Positions 63,961 to 64,000 of a stretch of DNA of 64,000 nucleotides are shown here, in pieces. This DNA is from Paraspadella gotoi. Lineage: Eukaryota > Animalia > Chaetognatha. Both the position numbers and the translations under genes were made by a program. The notes beneath the pieces were generated by a model. That model saw only the letters and a program-made list of their open reading frames with translations. It made no database searches and was not told the origin of the DNA. The stretch's first letter is position 1. Each line of letters begins with the position of its first letter. The stretch covers positions 397,083 to 461,082 of the forward strand of contig JBJCIZ010000282.1 in NCBI GenBank assembly GCA_051294375.1, given 5' to 3'.

Positions 63961-64000
63961 AGTTAAAACAAGTTTGAGCAAACAATATCGGATCTGCCTA

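Overview
Repeat-rich, AT-rich eukaryotic (probably invertebrate animal) DNA with several N gaps and many small indels; some indels may be sequencing errors. Host-like content: exons of a Cys-rich GCC2/GCC3 (ephrin-receptor-like) repeat gene family at 1.3-2.4 kb (-), 42.6-43.2 kb (+) and 62.1-62.2 kb (-). Mobile content: a decayed ~4.7 kb Polinton/adintovirus-type protein-primed DNA polymerase B gene flanked by GC-rich orphan genes with very short putative introns; DINE-1/HINE-like Helentron derivatives; Penelope-like remnants with inverted repeats and minimal hammerhead ribozymes; and Gypsy (CsRN1-like), BEL/Pao and solo-LTR remnants. The most distinctive element is a complete 687-bp miniature LTR retrotransposon (54209-54895) with 4-bp TSD, tRNA-Trp-like PBS and PPT, whose LTRs contain a tRNA-Gly-like sequence and begin with TA rather than TG. 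Two solo LTRs of it and an empty site are also in the window. All calls are by eye; no database search was run.
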